Source: Lingula anatina
Taxonomy: Eukaryota; Animalia; Brachiopoda
Direction: 5' to 3'
Length of the DNA stretch: 64,000 nt
NCBI GenBank assembly: GCA_051362555.1
Contig: CM120641.1
Span: forward strand, 36,462,401-36,526,400
Under the pieces are notes generated by a model. It saw only the letters and a program-made list of their open reading frames with translations, had not been told where the DNA came from and did not search any database. A program made the position numbers and the translations under genes. Of the stretch, positions 50,301 through 64,000 are shown piece by piece. How positions within the stretch are numbered: position 1 is the stretch's first letter; every line of letters begins with the position of its first letter.

Positions 50301-53300
50301 ATCCATGAAAAGTTATGTTAATTTCTTATATTTCATGATGGGATCTTTGAGGGTTTTTTAAATGACATCATGATTTACTGCAAGTTGTACTTATCTTCTT
50401 CAACGGCCTCTGAGTTTTTGCAATAGGAAACTGTGGTGGAATTGAGTTTGTCTGGTACTAAAACATGTCAAATAGGGACCTGTTTCAAGCTTGGGTGACT
50501 TGTTTGGGTATAACTAGGGAAAATAATTCAAAAGCACGCAGGAAAGGAAAACTAACAAAATGGCCGTTGGTTGATATTCGGAAAGGGTTTGTGCACAATG
50601 ATGGTGGATATCGGCACTTAATTGGTTTGTGGTTAAGTCATGAGAAAAAAAAAATACCCAGGAAATTATTTATTTGCAAATAGTTTGCCAAAGCTTGACA
50701 TGGTTATTTCCCCCTGAACTAATATATCATAATATATTACTTACGAAGGTGTGTTTTTATTATTGGTTGTATTTATTGTGTCCGACTTGTGAAAGTATGA
50801 AGTTTTAGTGGAGTTTTTTTTTTTCTTCATTTGCTGTGCATCTATCATCTCATGGTTGTAACATGTACATTTTTGCTCTTACATTAATTCAGTGAAATAA
50901 ATATATATTTTGTATTCAAATTCATTTATAATAAAAAAAAACATTCAATAATGAAAAAAATGCAGTAAAACCTGTCAGCTGTGTGTGTGTTGATGTTGTA
51001 ATGTAATCTTCAGTTGACTAACTGTATGTATTAATAGTTCTATCATGTATTTTGTTGGGTGTAGGATAATAGTAGAAAAAATTCTCTAGCCATTCACAAA
51101 TGTATTGCTTTGCATGGCATAATATGTACCTGTGTAATGTTTGAAGCCAATATGCATTTGGTTTATTCTTAAATGATATGTTTGTACTTTTCTCAAATTA
51201 GGAGTGAGTGTAAGAAACATCCAGGCTTTCCAGGTTCTGCAGTCAGTGTTTCAAAGGGTATGTAGCAATGATGTGTGTATATGCAGGTATGCTATTATGA
51301 TCTTGTTTTATATATAAAAACAATACTGAAACTCAAGGTACTGCAGTGTGTGTTTATCGCATCTGATGACACTTATGGAGGTACTATCTACTGTCATCTA
51401 AAGTAAATTTTATGAAAATTGAATTTCCTGGAAAGATGAAATGTCATCAGTTTACTATAGCGTCATGACATTTATATTGCTTGGAATAACATAAAATGGC
51501 TATTAAAAATCATACTACAAATTAACGACATTTAATGAATTTTTTATTTGCAATTTTAAAATTAGTAACATGGAATTCAACCAGATATATTTATAAAAAT
51601 CAAAAGAAAAAAAAAAGAAAAGGCATAAAATGGAATGATATAAAAGAGGAAAATGAGATCTGTTTCATCTTGCAGGCCAGCAGCAGTCACCTGTGTAGTA
51701 TCATCTTGGATGTGATCAGTAGTATCTATCACCAGGACAGTGCCAACTACTTCATACTGGAGCCACAGCACACACTGTCACAGTTTGCTGAGAAAGTCCA
51801 TCTAAAGCCAGTTGACATCCAGGTATTTGTCATCTACATCGATATATCATCATCATCATCATCATCGTTGCGTCGTCATCATCTCCAGGAGTTATTACTT
51901 AGGTTGCCAAAGATCTTTAAAAAAAATTGAAAGGGATGATCTTTGCTAAGCTAATTAGGTGAAGTGCAAAATAATAATTAAAGGGGAGGAAGAATCCAAT
52001 AGAGATTGAAGAGAATGTAGTGACTTTTTTCCTAGGGGATAACAGGGTTGACTGAATTTTTACATCAGTTTATGGACTGTGTTGAAACCGTACCTTGTGC
52101 TTGAAGATGTATAGAATCAAAGATGATTACTGATTATGTTTGTTCATAGCTATCAGTCAATGATTTGGTTATGTTGTTAGAATTGAATCAGTCGGTAGTT
52201 TTCCTTCATGTACAAATGACTATAATGATGAACATTATCCTGGTTGTTTTATTATTTCTTTTTTTTTATTTTTCAGCAAAAGTTTTTTGAAATCATGGAG
52301 TTCATATGCTTCAATCTGAACTTTGTACCCTGTAAAGAACTCATAAGCATCAGCATTTTACTCAAAACACAGAAGTGAGTTTGTTAACTTGACTTAGATA
52401 TATAAATTTCAACTAATGAGCAAACAATAAGATCAAAGCTTTTTTTTAAATTTTTTTTGCATGATAGCTATAATTGTTTGTTTATTAGCCATAAGATGAA
52501 AATGTTTAGATGTGGTATTGTGCATTAACATCGCATGAAATTAAGAGATTGGTGCAATTTCATTTTATCATATACTTTTGGGATTAGTAAATATAAATTA
52601 ATGAAATAAACTAAATGTTGTCAGCATCTGCAGACAAACTGTAAACAACAATATCCTCTTAAATAGAAACTACAAATTGTGCAAGGTATTGTCTGAAATC
52701 AGTAATAGGTTACCAATCGCATATTATATGAAACAGATTTATTATTCACTTCATAATATTTTATTCCAAATGTACATGTTTCAGCTCAATCCAGTGCAGT
52801 GTGTTATGTATGAAGAGCCTTCTGAAAATCCTACGGTACCATAAAGTCTACAAGGATGTGTTTCGTGAGGTTGGTCTACTGGAAGTTGTGGTCACCTGCC
52901 TGCATAGGTATGCTGCTTTGCTGAAAGATTCCCCAGATTCAACAGGTATGTCTTCAAGGAAAAGTTTCTAGGTGGATGTGTAGAATTTATTGAGCTGTGT
53001 TATAAGTCATGTCAAATTAGTGAAATGAAATAAATAAATAAAATGCATACATTTTGCAAAGTTGAAAACTTCAGTTAAAATGTTCTGCTTGGATAAGGCC
53101 ACACTTTTTTAATTTTATGGATGACATCCTGCGCGCGCACCGATTTTCGTCCGTTCTCCAAAAAAAAAAAAAAAAATCCCCCCCCCCAAACCGCCCCCCC
53201 CCCCCCCCCCACCCCCACCCCACAAGGAAGTCGGTTGTCGCAAACATCGTTATTGAATTTGCCGGAAAATGCAATCGGCAATTCTCGGCTAATGCCGCAA

Positions 53301-56300
53301 GCTCCATACTGTCATTGTCGACTGCGGAGACATCCGAGTAGTTCCGAGTGCGGAAAATGAGCTTTCTGCACATGCGTAGGCTATTATCACCACGTGGAAA
53401 TATGGCCGTTTTGCTGTCAACTTCATCTCTAGCATTAATTTCAAAATACACGACAATTAAAGTCATAAAGAGAACGGGGGCCGTCGTTTTGGATTGGTTT
53501 GCCATTTATATTGGACATGGAGATATCACCCTTTTACAATTATACGAAAGGCTGGCCGAGGCCAGCGATCATCGCCCGGAAAATTTCAGTGACATTCTGT
53601 CCAAAGCAGCACATTACCAGTTTCAGTTTGGAGCGAAAAAAGGGTCGACAAGAGCGTCGTGGTATTTGGTGGACTGAAGGTCGGACAGGCCACCCGATAG
53701 TTGGCTGCTACGTGTGAGTCGAAGTAGACAAAATGGCATCGACCGAAATTACCTTAGTAGTAGGAAGCATAGGCCTATCTTTGCTTCATTTTTTTAACAA
53801 TTCTGTGAAGTGTTTACAATGCTTTAATTTTCTGAGAGTACAAATAAAGACACGCTGTTTGTTTGATATTTGTTTTATTGGTTGCAATACCAACAGAATG
53901 CATGAAATAACCTTAAATAGATTTGGTAATATGCAGCATATATATTCATGACCTTTTACCTTTCTACGAAGTAGGCCCTATTCACAATGCTTTAATATTT
54001 TTAGAGCATGGATAAAGACATGTTGTTAGTTTGATACGTGTTTCTGTGGTAAATTAGTGTTTCCAGCTGTGTACTGAAAACATAACTTTTCTTAAGCAGT
54101 TTTTTTTTTTTTTTTGGACTGTTTTTTTTTTTTTCGCCCGCTCGCATCGACTTTGGGGTCCCCAGAGGATGTCATCCATAAAAATAAAAAAGTGTGGCCT
54201 AATGGATAAATAATATTATTTTTAGTAACACTATACTACATGGACAGCAGTTAGCAATACAGTTTTTCTTATGCAAGAGATACAATTAAATAAGTCATTC
54301 AAGACATCTACATTCGTTAATAGAAATAGTTGCAAGAATGAATGGACTCTCTAAAAAGATGAAAATGTTTTAGTTAAGATCCAGATGATATCACCACTTA
54401 TCAATTAAAATTGTGTGACCTAGATTAACTTTGTATTTTTTTTTTTTTGCTCCATTCATTTATGATCTTTTTCCTTACAGCCAAGGACAAAATATCAGAC
54501 AGTCAAAAAGAGTTGGGGTTCTTGTCTATGGAAGCATTATCTGTACTCCTGAGTGGAAATTCCAATAATGCTGGTAAGAATAGAAATGATTATAATCTTC
54601 TGATTATTATTGTGACTACAATCATTTATGTGAAATGTAAATTTTTTCTACATCCAAGAAGGATGGTTATCCATTTCCTTTTTTGTCACATGATGAATTA
54701 GCAAAATTGAACTATTTGTCCAGTTTTTCTCTTCTTTTTTGTCATGTCCATTGCTTGATTACACATCTTTGGATTATATTATTTCTTTTTGTGTTATAAT
54801 GCTTGTTTTGTTTTAATAGGAGAAAAAACATGAAAAAGTTTTACAGATGTTTTCCCAAATGTACCAATTAGTGTATCAATACACTGCCTATTCATTTCTT
54901 CTTCAGGTGTATTCAGAGAGTGTGGCGGTGCTCGCTGTGCTCACAACATGGTGCCCTACCCAGAGTGTCGCCAGCAGGCGCTGGGTATTGTCCAGCAGCT
55001 GGTGCTGTCCTCTGGTGGTGACGATGACATGGGGACATTACTGGGGTTAATGCACACTGCCCCTGTCATAGCACTGGAGTTGAAGACACATATACTCAAG
55101 GTGAGTGGTTTTTTTCCCAACATGGTAGGAAAAGGCAGTTAAAAGGGTTGCTTGTTCTATATAATTAGGATAAATCAGTAGAGGGCACTCGGCCAAAAAA
55201 TGTGAGGAAGGAAAAGTTAAGATTTTTAGACTTCTTTTAAAATGGCATTGTCACATAGTCACTTTTTTCTGGAAAGACTGGTATAGTTTAAGACACCATC
55301 TTTTGAGACTAATAAAAATAATATTGTTTGTAAACAATAAAAATAAAAAACCTATTTATTTGAATTTGTTTTTTGTCTCAACAGTCCTTGCTGTCAGTAC
55401 TGCGTGAGAGCCATCGTACTAGGACAGTGTTCAGGAAAGTGGGTGGCTTTGTGTATGTGATGTCAGTGTTGGTGTCTATGGAGGGGTGCTTGGCAGAGCC
55501 ACCAAAGTCCCCTTGGGAAACAGGTAATTCTGGAATGTTGTGTGCGTGTGCGTGCGCGCCATAACAAATAGGATATTGTGTCTGCAGGGGATGTGTCAGA
55601 CATTAATTATCAAGACATAGCATGGTCATGGATTTCAGGAGAGAATGATGATATGAAAATTAGGAAAATGTCAGTGGCACTATTGAAGTGCTTCAGTGGA
55701 CTCAGGGCCATGGCTGTGATGTGAATTTGCATCCAGTATGTAAAAAAATAAAGACATTGTATTTTTAGGGTAGGATATTGATAATGAAGAATGATAAACT
55801 TGGGTAATTTTTTTTTCCTTACCTTATCTTCACAACACATTGTTTTACATTTCAGCTGAGAGAAAAGATGTTCTTACTCTCTTGAAACTGGTGTTCAGTG
55901 TACTGACAGTGGCTATGAGATATGAACCTGCAAATGCCAAATTTTTTGCAACTGATGTAAGTGTAGTTTTATGTATAATTTATGCATAACCTTGAAAGTA
56001 ACTTATTGATGCATTAGCAGTTCAATTTACTCATACTTTTAACATATCTTTTCAGCTAAGTATCTGGTTCATACACTTGTATTCAAAAATTTATGTAGAA
56101 CTTTTAACAAACTTGATTATAGATATGGACTTTAGTTAATGCCAGTTCTTTTTCATATAATACATCAGGTGCAATACAGTAGCCTGACAAATGCAGTGAG
56201 ACTGTTGGGGTGCTTTTCAAGTCAAAAATTCTTGGAAAAACCAGCAGCAAACATGACACCAAGTGAAGTTCAGCCATTTGAGGAGTTCTTTAATACTCTA

Positions 56301-59300
56301 AGTGAAGAAAAGTAAGTCATGTTGGGGAGATGTATATTAAATATGGTTTAGGTTTGGGGATGGTTTTCTTTTCTATGATATCATTATGATAGTTTGATGG
56401 AAAGTTAGGATCTTAAAGAAATCTATGATTCTTTACTTTTATGTCGTTCTTTTAACTAAATTTTCATAACTCTTTTTCCAGATGTCCCACCATACCAAGA
56501 ATCCTTCAGTCTGCTTGCTTAATGATCAGGTTCATGCACGATATGGTCTTAGATGCTTTTGACAGGTAAAAATATATTAATTAAACTTTGACACAAAATT
56601 ATTTTGCCATTTTCATAGATGTTAATACTTCTTGCTTGAAAATAACTTCAGCACCAAGACTATTGGACTTGAAAAACAAAAACACAAATGTTGCTACTGA
56701 ATTTATTTTGACTTTTAGCATTGGAATTTGCAGTCTTCTCAATGCACATGTTTGAGTCTATATTGTAACATTATTTTACACTCAGTAGCAGACATAAATT
56801 GTACAACAAACAAGTATGTAAGAGAATTCATTTCTTTTTAGTTCAGACAGTTGCAAATATGATTCCAGATACCGCTTTGACAGTTCAGGAGGAGGCGTGG
56901 CTGGCAACGAGAGTCCCAAGTCAGTGAAGAAGGTACCCTCTCTAAAGGAGTCCACTGCCCCTCCCTCTCAACTGTCCTCCTCCCCCAAACGAGCCAGCAC
57001 AGGTAGTGTCAATGTCAGTCTGTCCCTGGCTGAAATCAAGCCTGATCCGGTCATTGTCCACTCTGGGGCAGTCATATCAATGCTGCACCTGCTGCCAGCT
57101 GTGAGTTTTGAAGATGATGCTCAGGTATAGGGTTTGTTTTCTTGAATAGGTGAAGTTAAGTTAAATACAATTTACATGATTAGTCCTTCCAAATTTAAAA
57201 TGTAGTTGTCAACCAACATTTTTGACATTATTCACTGATACCATATTTTTGGCATGCTTTATTTAACTACAGTGTAATGCTTCCACACTGGAAACTTATG
57301 TACCATATACTACAAGACACACTTCAGTTTATCCAGCCCTGTTTACACTTGTATATTTTGTACCTTACAGCTGGTCCTAGACCTCCAGGTTCATGTGGCT
57401 TCTGTGCTCAAGTCTCTCCTGCGTAGTGAACGGAACCAACAGGTGATGTGTGAGGCGGACATGCCCCATGAACTCCTCAGTAAGTGCACTGTAGCTCTGG
57501 AGGACGAGAGTCATCCTCTACACCCTCCTCTGCAGTACATGTTTGAAAGACTGGCGGCTCAGTCTCTTACACCTAAAGATTTGAGGTAAGTCATGTATTT
57601 AAATATGCTTTATAGTCATGGTTAAAAAGATTATTTTTCTTTTGTAATTGATAAATCTTTTATATTGTGGTTTTAAAATTGTGCAACTTAATGTTATACT
57701 TAAAAGCAGACAATGATAAACAGTGTTGAGTTCTTCATAATATTTATAAAAGAATCTATTTTACATAAAAGGATTAAAATTAAATGAGCAATATTTGTGA
57801 ATGCCCAAGAGGAATTTGTTTTGCTTTGGATATGTACTACACAGAAAAACACTCAATTTTTTCTCACTGATGTCATTTCAGAGATTTCATGCGTCTTGGC
57901 AACCCACTTAGCTGTGCACCAATAGAGGAACCTGACAGCAAGGAGGATCCAGACAGCCCTGACCACACAGAAGATTCTTCCTCCTCCTCATCAACAGCAG
58001 CATTAGGTGTCAAAAGAGGCAAACATGAAGGGAAACTGGTGCCATTGACCAGGGTCAAGTGCCTGGTTTCCATGACAACCCCTAGAGATGTGCGTTTCCA
58101 TGGCTCCCTAGTTACCCCACCTTTTGTGCAGTTTGATATGAATGTTGAGGGGTTTGGCTGCCTGTATTTGCCCAGTATAGCACCCCAGGGGCCACCCACA
58201 CCCTCAGTGGTAGGCATGGGAATGGGGAGCACAGGGGACTCAGCAGTACTTGGAGGGATTGGAGCAGGTAATTTTATCACCAAAATGGCATTGGTTAACC
58301 CTGAGTAAGATGTCTTACGTAATTCCTTTTTTGTGAACTGATATTTTCAATTTCAGTGTTTGTATCATTGTGCAAAGCATCTTTAAAATTACCAGTCCAC
58401 AAAGTGAGATTTATTGACCCTGAATAGTTGCTGGTGGTAATGTAATATGAATATTTGTTTGAATAAAATAAGTGTATCATTGTAAATATCATAGCAAGAG
58501 ACATATATTTCAGGAAAGACAACACTTGGTTCCATCTCTTATTTCTGCTATTATTTCCAGGAGAACGTGTATTCCCCCCACAGGCAGGGCTGACCTACTC
58601 CACCTGGATATGTGTGGACAAGTTCAGCACCAACTCTGCCTCTGAGGCTCACCCTGTCCGCCTGCTGACCGTGGTCAGGAATGTCCAGGGGAGAGAGGAG
58701 AGCTCTGTGTGTCTCAGTATACTACTGCACCCCAGGGACAGGGCCTTGATTGTGTCCACCAGGGAGACCATCATGACTGCCTCCAGTGAGGCTGAGCTCA
58801 AGGCACATTCGCGCAAAAGTATGCATTTCATTTAATATTCTGATTTATATTATCCTCTTCATGCTCTTTTTTCACAATGATAAGATTTTCTTTGTGTTTA
58901 ATTGATAAAGATTGTGTCATATTTAAGTGATTATATTAGGCATCTGAGCATTAAAAAATCATGCAATTGTGTTTGAGTGCTCTTTTGTTGAGTAAAGTGA
59001 TAGAAGTTTTAAACTTCATATTAGGGCATAAACATACAAATCAAATGGGTTCTTATTGATAACTGACATTTTAAATAAACTTTATTTAATATTTATGAAG
59101 ACATAATGTGCAATTAAAATTAATGAAAACTCTCAAGGAGATTTCATGTTTTGGTAGAAAGCATAGAATTTTCAACATTTTCTTTCATCTACAGGTGGAG
59201 CAACATTTGACCGTGACCCACAGTTGGGAGACAACACGGTTCGTATCTGGTGTCCCGAGTTGACACAGGAAGGACAGTGGCACCACCTGGTGTTGTTATT

Positions 59301-62300
59301 CAACAAGGCAGGCATGCTCAAAAACAGCAATGTTAGCGTGTTTGTTGATGGAGAACCTGTCAATACAAGCAAGGTTGGTGCATCAATAGTCTTCCAATCT
59401 TTTGATATATCAGCACCTATGTGTACAATGTTTGGATAAATTATCTCTTTGTAATACTAAAATAGAATCTATCTACAATATTGTTTGTTTTAATCCTGCA
59501 TTGACATAGAGTAGGGTAATGATCTGAAGGGTGCCTTCATAAAAGAAACTATCCCATGAAGTAATGTATTTAGCATGTTTCTTTCCTATTTGATTTCAAA
59601 CGTTTCATCACTTAATGTTGAACACAAGAAATAACTGTCATCAACCCTCTTTTCAATCCATCCACAGCTTCACTACATATCCCCCAATATTGGAGTAGGG
59701 GGCACAGCCAGCCCCTCTGCCATCACCTCCGTGTTTGCTTACATTGGGACTCCCCCAGTGATCAGGAAGCAGTCGAGGCTGGTCTGGAGACAGGGGCCAT
59801 GTCACCTGTTTGAGGATGTGATATCACAGTCAGCAGTGCAGACCATATATCAACTGGGGCCTAACTATGTGGGCTGCTTCCAGGCACCTTCATTTGGTAT
59901 GTTGGTTGAGAAAGGGAATTGTTTTAAGATATTCCCTTCATTCTTTCAAGAATGTGCTAGATATTTACTTTCTGAACTTGAATATTATAAGTTGCTCTAG
60001 AATGACAGTTGAGGCAGATTTTATATAGTATTAAAGTAAATGATATGGCTTTTGGTTATATTTGCTGGTTTTATTACAGATGACAGTGAGATAGGCCAGC
60101 CACTGGTGTCTGAGGACAGGGTCATATTTGGAGTATATGTGCAGCCTGTCTCCAATCTTACCATTGCCAAGATCAGAAAAGTTTACAACAAGAATGATGC
60201 CAAGACCATTGCTAAACAGGTAATGGGGAAAATTTCTAGTGAAGGACAAATTTGTAGTTTGCAGTGTTCTTACATTCAACAACATGGCGGACAGATGGAT
60301 TCCTATTAATGTTTTCATTGCCCTTGAAATGGGTGTCTGCCTGATATAGTGACTTAATCACATATTTTTCTATTTTTAAATCACCAGAGAACCATGTTAT
60401 GTGGTTCAAAGGCAGGAATGGCATGGGTGGGGTGCACATCAATGTTTTTTAGGACTCTGCATTCTTAATATCCCGTATCTGCCATTTTGATGTACCTTCT
60501 TAATTGGCCGCTGTGCCTTTTGCTTAAAATGTGGTGGCCCTGTTATTACAGAGTTGATTGCATATATAATTTTGCAAGGAAATGCTTACCAAGCTGGTTT
60601 ATTCTCTAGAATTTATGGCAGTACTAATCAAGCTGATATATATTTTATTGAAAATTGCCAAATTGATACCAGGATGGTAGACATGAATGCTATGATCTTG
60701 AATATAGAACTGATACTGTTCACAAAGGAAATAAAAGAAACTTTAAGAAGTGAAATGGTATTTTTACCATTTTAGAATTGGGAGCAAGTTTCTGATTATG
60801 TTGCCATAATAAAGGACTGTAGAAAGGTGACAGGTATTTTTTTATCATTAGGAATAAATATTCTTGCCTTGAAATTGAATTATTTTCCTTTAATCCGTGC
60901 TTGCTTTACTGAGCAATATTACACAAGATTGCTGCTTGGCTAAGAAACATAAAAAAATTGATTTTATTGCCTTTTTACTGAATTTTGCAAAAAAACTGTC
61001 CTAAGTGACAATTTCTTTTTCACAATTTTAGATCTGAGGTTTTATTATATCAAATAATTGAAGGTATTGAACAGAAGAAAATCTGTGGAATCCACTTCAG
61101 GTTTTGACAATTTTACAAATTTCTTCAGGATACTAATGCCATGACAGGATTAAGAAATGCACCTGGTATTTTTTTAAAATTATTTTACAAATGAATGGCT
61201 TTTGCCTTGAACTTTTTATCTTTGCTTAAGTGAATAATTATGCCGATTATTGCTGCCTGGCTGCCGATGTGAAATGTTTAACACGATGATACTATTTTTT
61301 CATTTTTTAACCGAAAAAAACAAACAAATAAATAAATCAAGTGGTACCAGAATAGCCCTTTTTTGTCTGACAAATAGGTTTTTATTTAATCACTAATTAA
61401 TTAAAGCAGCTTTTTGTAGGCAGGCAGAAATGCCTTTGAAACAAAATAAGCATGTTCTTCCCATTAAAAATATTTTTGGGCTACTGATTTTATTGCCATA
61501 GTAGCATATATAAATGAGTTTTATGGATATTAAATTTGTAGAAAAACTAAAGAGGGGGTTTGAAAAAAATGACAGTCTTCATTTATTAAAATGACTTCCA
61601 CATTCCAGAAGAGTACATTTTATCTTCTGTTTCATGGAGAAAATGTTTCAATAATGAAAGTTGCTATGGCAACAGGGTACTTTTAATAACCAGTTTCAAT
61701 TATATAAGTGAATTTATTATAATATGACTTACAAAAGAAAGTAAAATCAAAAACAGTTGTTTAGAGTAGAAAGATAAAATCATGTTTTCATCTCTTCACA
61801 GCTCTCCATGTCTGCCCATGACAGTGTGACACCAATCCGTATCCTCCACAATGCTGCAGGTCACCTGAGTGGACCAGCTAGGTCATTTGGGGCAATACTC
61901 ATGGGATATATAGGTGAGACAATGCAGATTGCAAGGTTTTTTTTTATGTAGAACTTTGAAAACTAGAAGTGGATCATAGTGTTGACCAAACAATAATAAC
62001 ATTGTGGCAATCCAAGATTTTTAACCAACTTTTTTAAGATTAGAATAATTAAAACTTGTTAAAATTTAGAGTGTTTGGGATGGAGATAGAAATAAATGTG
62101 ATATTTTTATATCAAGATGTTATTTCACTATATACAGATAAAAAAAATTAATATGAAATTATAGGCAGATGTAAGCCACTAGCTAAGATCTTGCGAATCA
62201 AAGTATGTCGATTTGGTCATGTGAATAAAGATTCATAAGTTCAAACTCTGATTACCGAAAAATAATACATTTTCCATCCAGGAGTGAGAACATTCTGCCC

Positions 62301-63630
62301 CAAGCCTGTAGCAAAGACACTGGAGAACATTGGCAGTGTGTCTCTCCTGATGGGGCTGATAGCAATGGCGGATGACGTGGAGGGATTGTATGCTGCCGTG
62401 AAGGCTTTGGTCTGTGTGGTCAAGAGCAATGATTCCATCATGAGGGAGATGGACAGGACAAGAGGCTACCAGGTATGAATCTTGAAACTTTTGTTAAGAG
62501 AGTAGTGCAAGGTTAATGACTAGACAATTTGCATAGACATGGTGAACAAACTGTGTATATGGTATGAGAAAAACATTCCACCCGCATTGCAATGCTTTTA
62601 TAAAGTAGGTAGTTCAATACAATCAAGAATGTATTACCTTCATGGTTATTAGGTAATGGACTCTACACATAATTAAGTTATATTGATTTGATAACTGTTA
62701 ATTTTGGTACATCTGCCTTGAAACAACTTCATTTATGATGGTAGTTTTCTAACAATAATACCTCTGACATATAATACTCCTACAGACGTTGGCCATGCTG
62801 TTCAAGAAGAAGCGCCATCTATTGAACAGCCACATCTTACACTTGACCTTCTCACTGGTCGGCACAGTGGACAGTGGCAGGGAGACTACAGTCATACCAA
62901 ATAAAACTGCATTTGAGGATGTTCTGTGTGATCTACAGGTGTGGAAGTTTCTTATGTAGTATTCTTTTTGTGATTTAGTGTTTATGAGCTAAAAACTAAT
63001 ACTGTATATGCTACACAATCTATTCAATCATAAAATTTTGCTGTGGCTAGTTTTATGTTGTTATATCCGTCATAAATTAGTTCGACAGGTGTGTAGATTT
63101 GATTTTAGAATTTTAATTAGCTTTACAATAAGTATTTAAGATATAAAGAAGAATCTAAATTGGATATATCTTGATTTGTTTTACTGCAGGTGTGGCATGA
63201 AGCTCCCGGAGACCTCCAGAGATCACTGTATGAACACTTTTACGAGCTGCTTACTGAGTCCAGGTGGGTCATGTGCAGTATAACAATGTGGTATACATTT
63301 TAGATATATAATATCAAGAACAGAAATAATACTTAGTGACAGAACATGAGTATTAACATAGAATGTATAATTGGCATGTCATTGGTGTCGCAGCCCACCT
63401 CTCTTTACAACATAGTTGGTAGGCAGAACCAAAAAAAAACTATGAAAGCTAATTCTTTTTCATTTCAGTGAGCAGAAAACCAACTTTAAGCTGATGCATG
63501 AGGTTGGTCTGGTCCAGAAACTGTTGTATATCCTGCCGGACCCCAACCTATCTGATGCCACGCTCCAGACCATTGCCAGTGTATTCACAGTATTACTTAG
63601 AGGTGCACAGGAGTCCAAGGCTCTGCTCAA
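41364..63630 (+). CDS. WDFY3: WD repeat and FYVE domain-containing protein 3 (ALFY/blue cheese, BEACH family), 5' part; continues past right edge
   Basis: Exons 41364-41555 (LGLTHLRKLFAEF...KLYNMLPLFCK), 41849-41972 (EIRRRASNQST), 46814-47082, 47741-47933, 48289-48475, 48854-49020, 51202-51257, 51676-51822, 52277-52374, 52785-52945, 54481-54573, 54907-55100, 55385-55523, 55856-55956, 56169-56311, 56482-56565, 56842/56869-57124, 57371-57585, 57882-58267 (VPLTRVKCLVSMTTP, EGFGCLYLPSIAP), 58561-58818, 59195-59373, 59668-59896, 60080-60219, 61802-61913, 62282-62472, 62786-62938, 63190-63263, 63469-63630. Confidence 0.96.
48592..48683. repeat. Perfect 46-bp tandem duplication in WDFY3 intron
   Basis: aaactaatgggttatcattttatttttcataaaccatggattaggg twice (48592-48637, 48638-48683). 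Confidence 0.9.
53097..54199. mobile_element. Non-autonomous PIF/Harbinger-type element (~1.1 kb) in WDFY3 intron
   Basis: TIRs ggccacacttttttaattttatggatgacatcct / aggatgtcatccataaaaataaaaaagtgtggcc, flanked by TAA on both sides (53094-53096, 54200-54202); CpG-rich interior; no transposase. Confidence 0.85.
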
Positions 63631-64000
63631 GTAAGTGTTGGTATTATAGGAAAGTCTTCTCCTAACTTTTGGTGTCATGTTCTCTAATTACGTACAATTA
63701 TAGCAATGTATTCTTAAGGAAGATTCAAAAGACTCCCCCTCCTTGCAGATGATAGAAAAGATGGACATGTCTCTAAGATCATTCCTTTCCTATTATCTTG
63801 ATATTTGAATTAGGAGAAAATGTGAAAAGGGGACATAAAAAAATAAAATTGGAGCAGTGATCTTGTTAGTTGTTGGTGAGCATGTTATAATGCAGTTTAC
63901 ACAGGGATGAGATTTTATACTCTTGGCAGAGTTCTAAATGGATGGTGTTGGTTCTTACAATAGATTTTCCAACTATTGACAGATTTCTGACTTTTGGGGA

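Noticed and set aside
53071-53951. Cluster of ORFs up to 144 aa
   Set aside because: Lie within a non-autonomous TIR element, driven by poly-C/poly-A tracts; no transposase motifs.

Overview
AT-rich, intron-dense eukaryotic (invertebrate, probably lophotrochozoan/mollusc-like) genomic DNA with GT-AG introns. Left to right: the 5' part of an ETNPPL/PHYKPL-like aminotransferase-fold gene (minus); a TMC (transmembrane channel-like, TMC4-7 type) locus on the minus strand, about 6.3-27.3 kb; a 4-exon orphan 7TM gene nested antisense in a TMC intron; DDX5/DDX17-like DEAD-box helicase (minus); EXOSC5/RRP46 (plus, intronless CDS); and the 5' part of WDFY3/ALFY (plus), running off the right edge. Several MITE/TIR elements and microsatellites are present. 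Main oddities: (1) five consecutive intact TMC exons sit on the opposite strand from the rest of the gene, and the exons for about 160 aa (TM3-TM4 region) could not be found; (2) the TMC locus has two alternative N-terminal exon sets; (3) DDX5/17 has a tandem-duplicated 111-nt motif-IV exon (candidate mutually exclusive exons) and a candidate stem-enclosed poison exon in its autoregulatory intron; (4) a candidate early terminal exon in WDFY3. All exon models were built by hand translation and splice-phase matching; no database searches were run.
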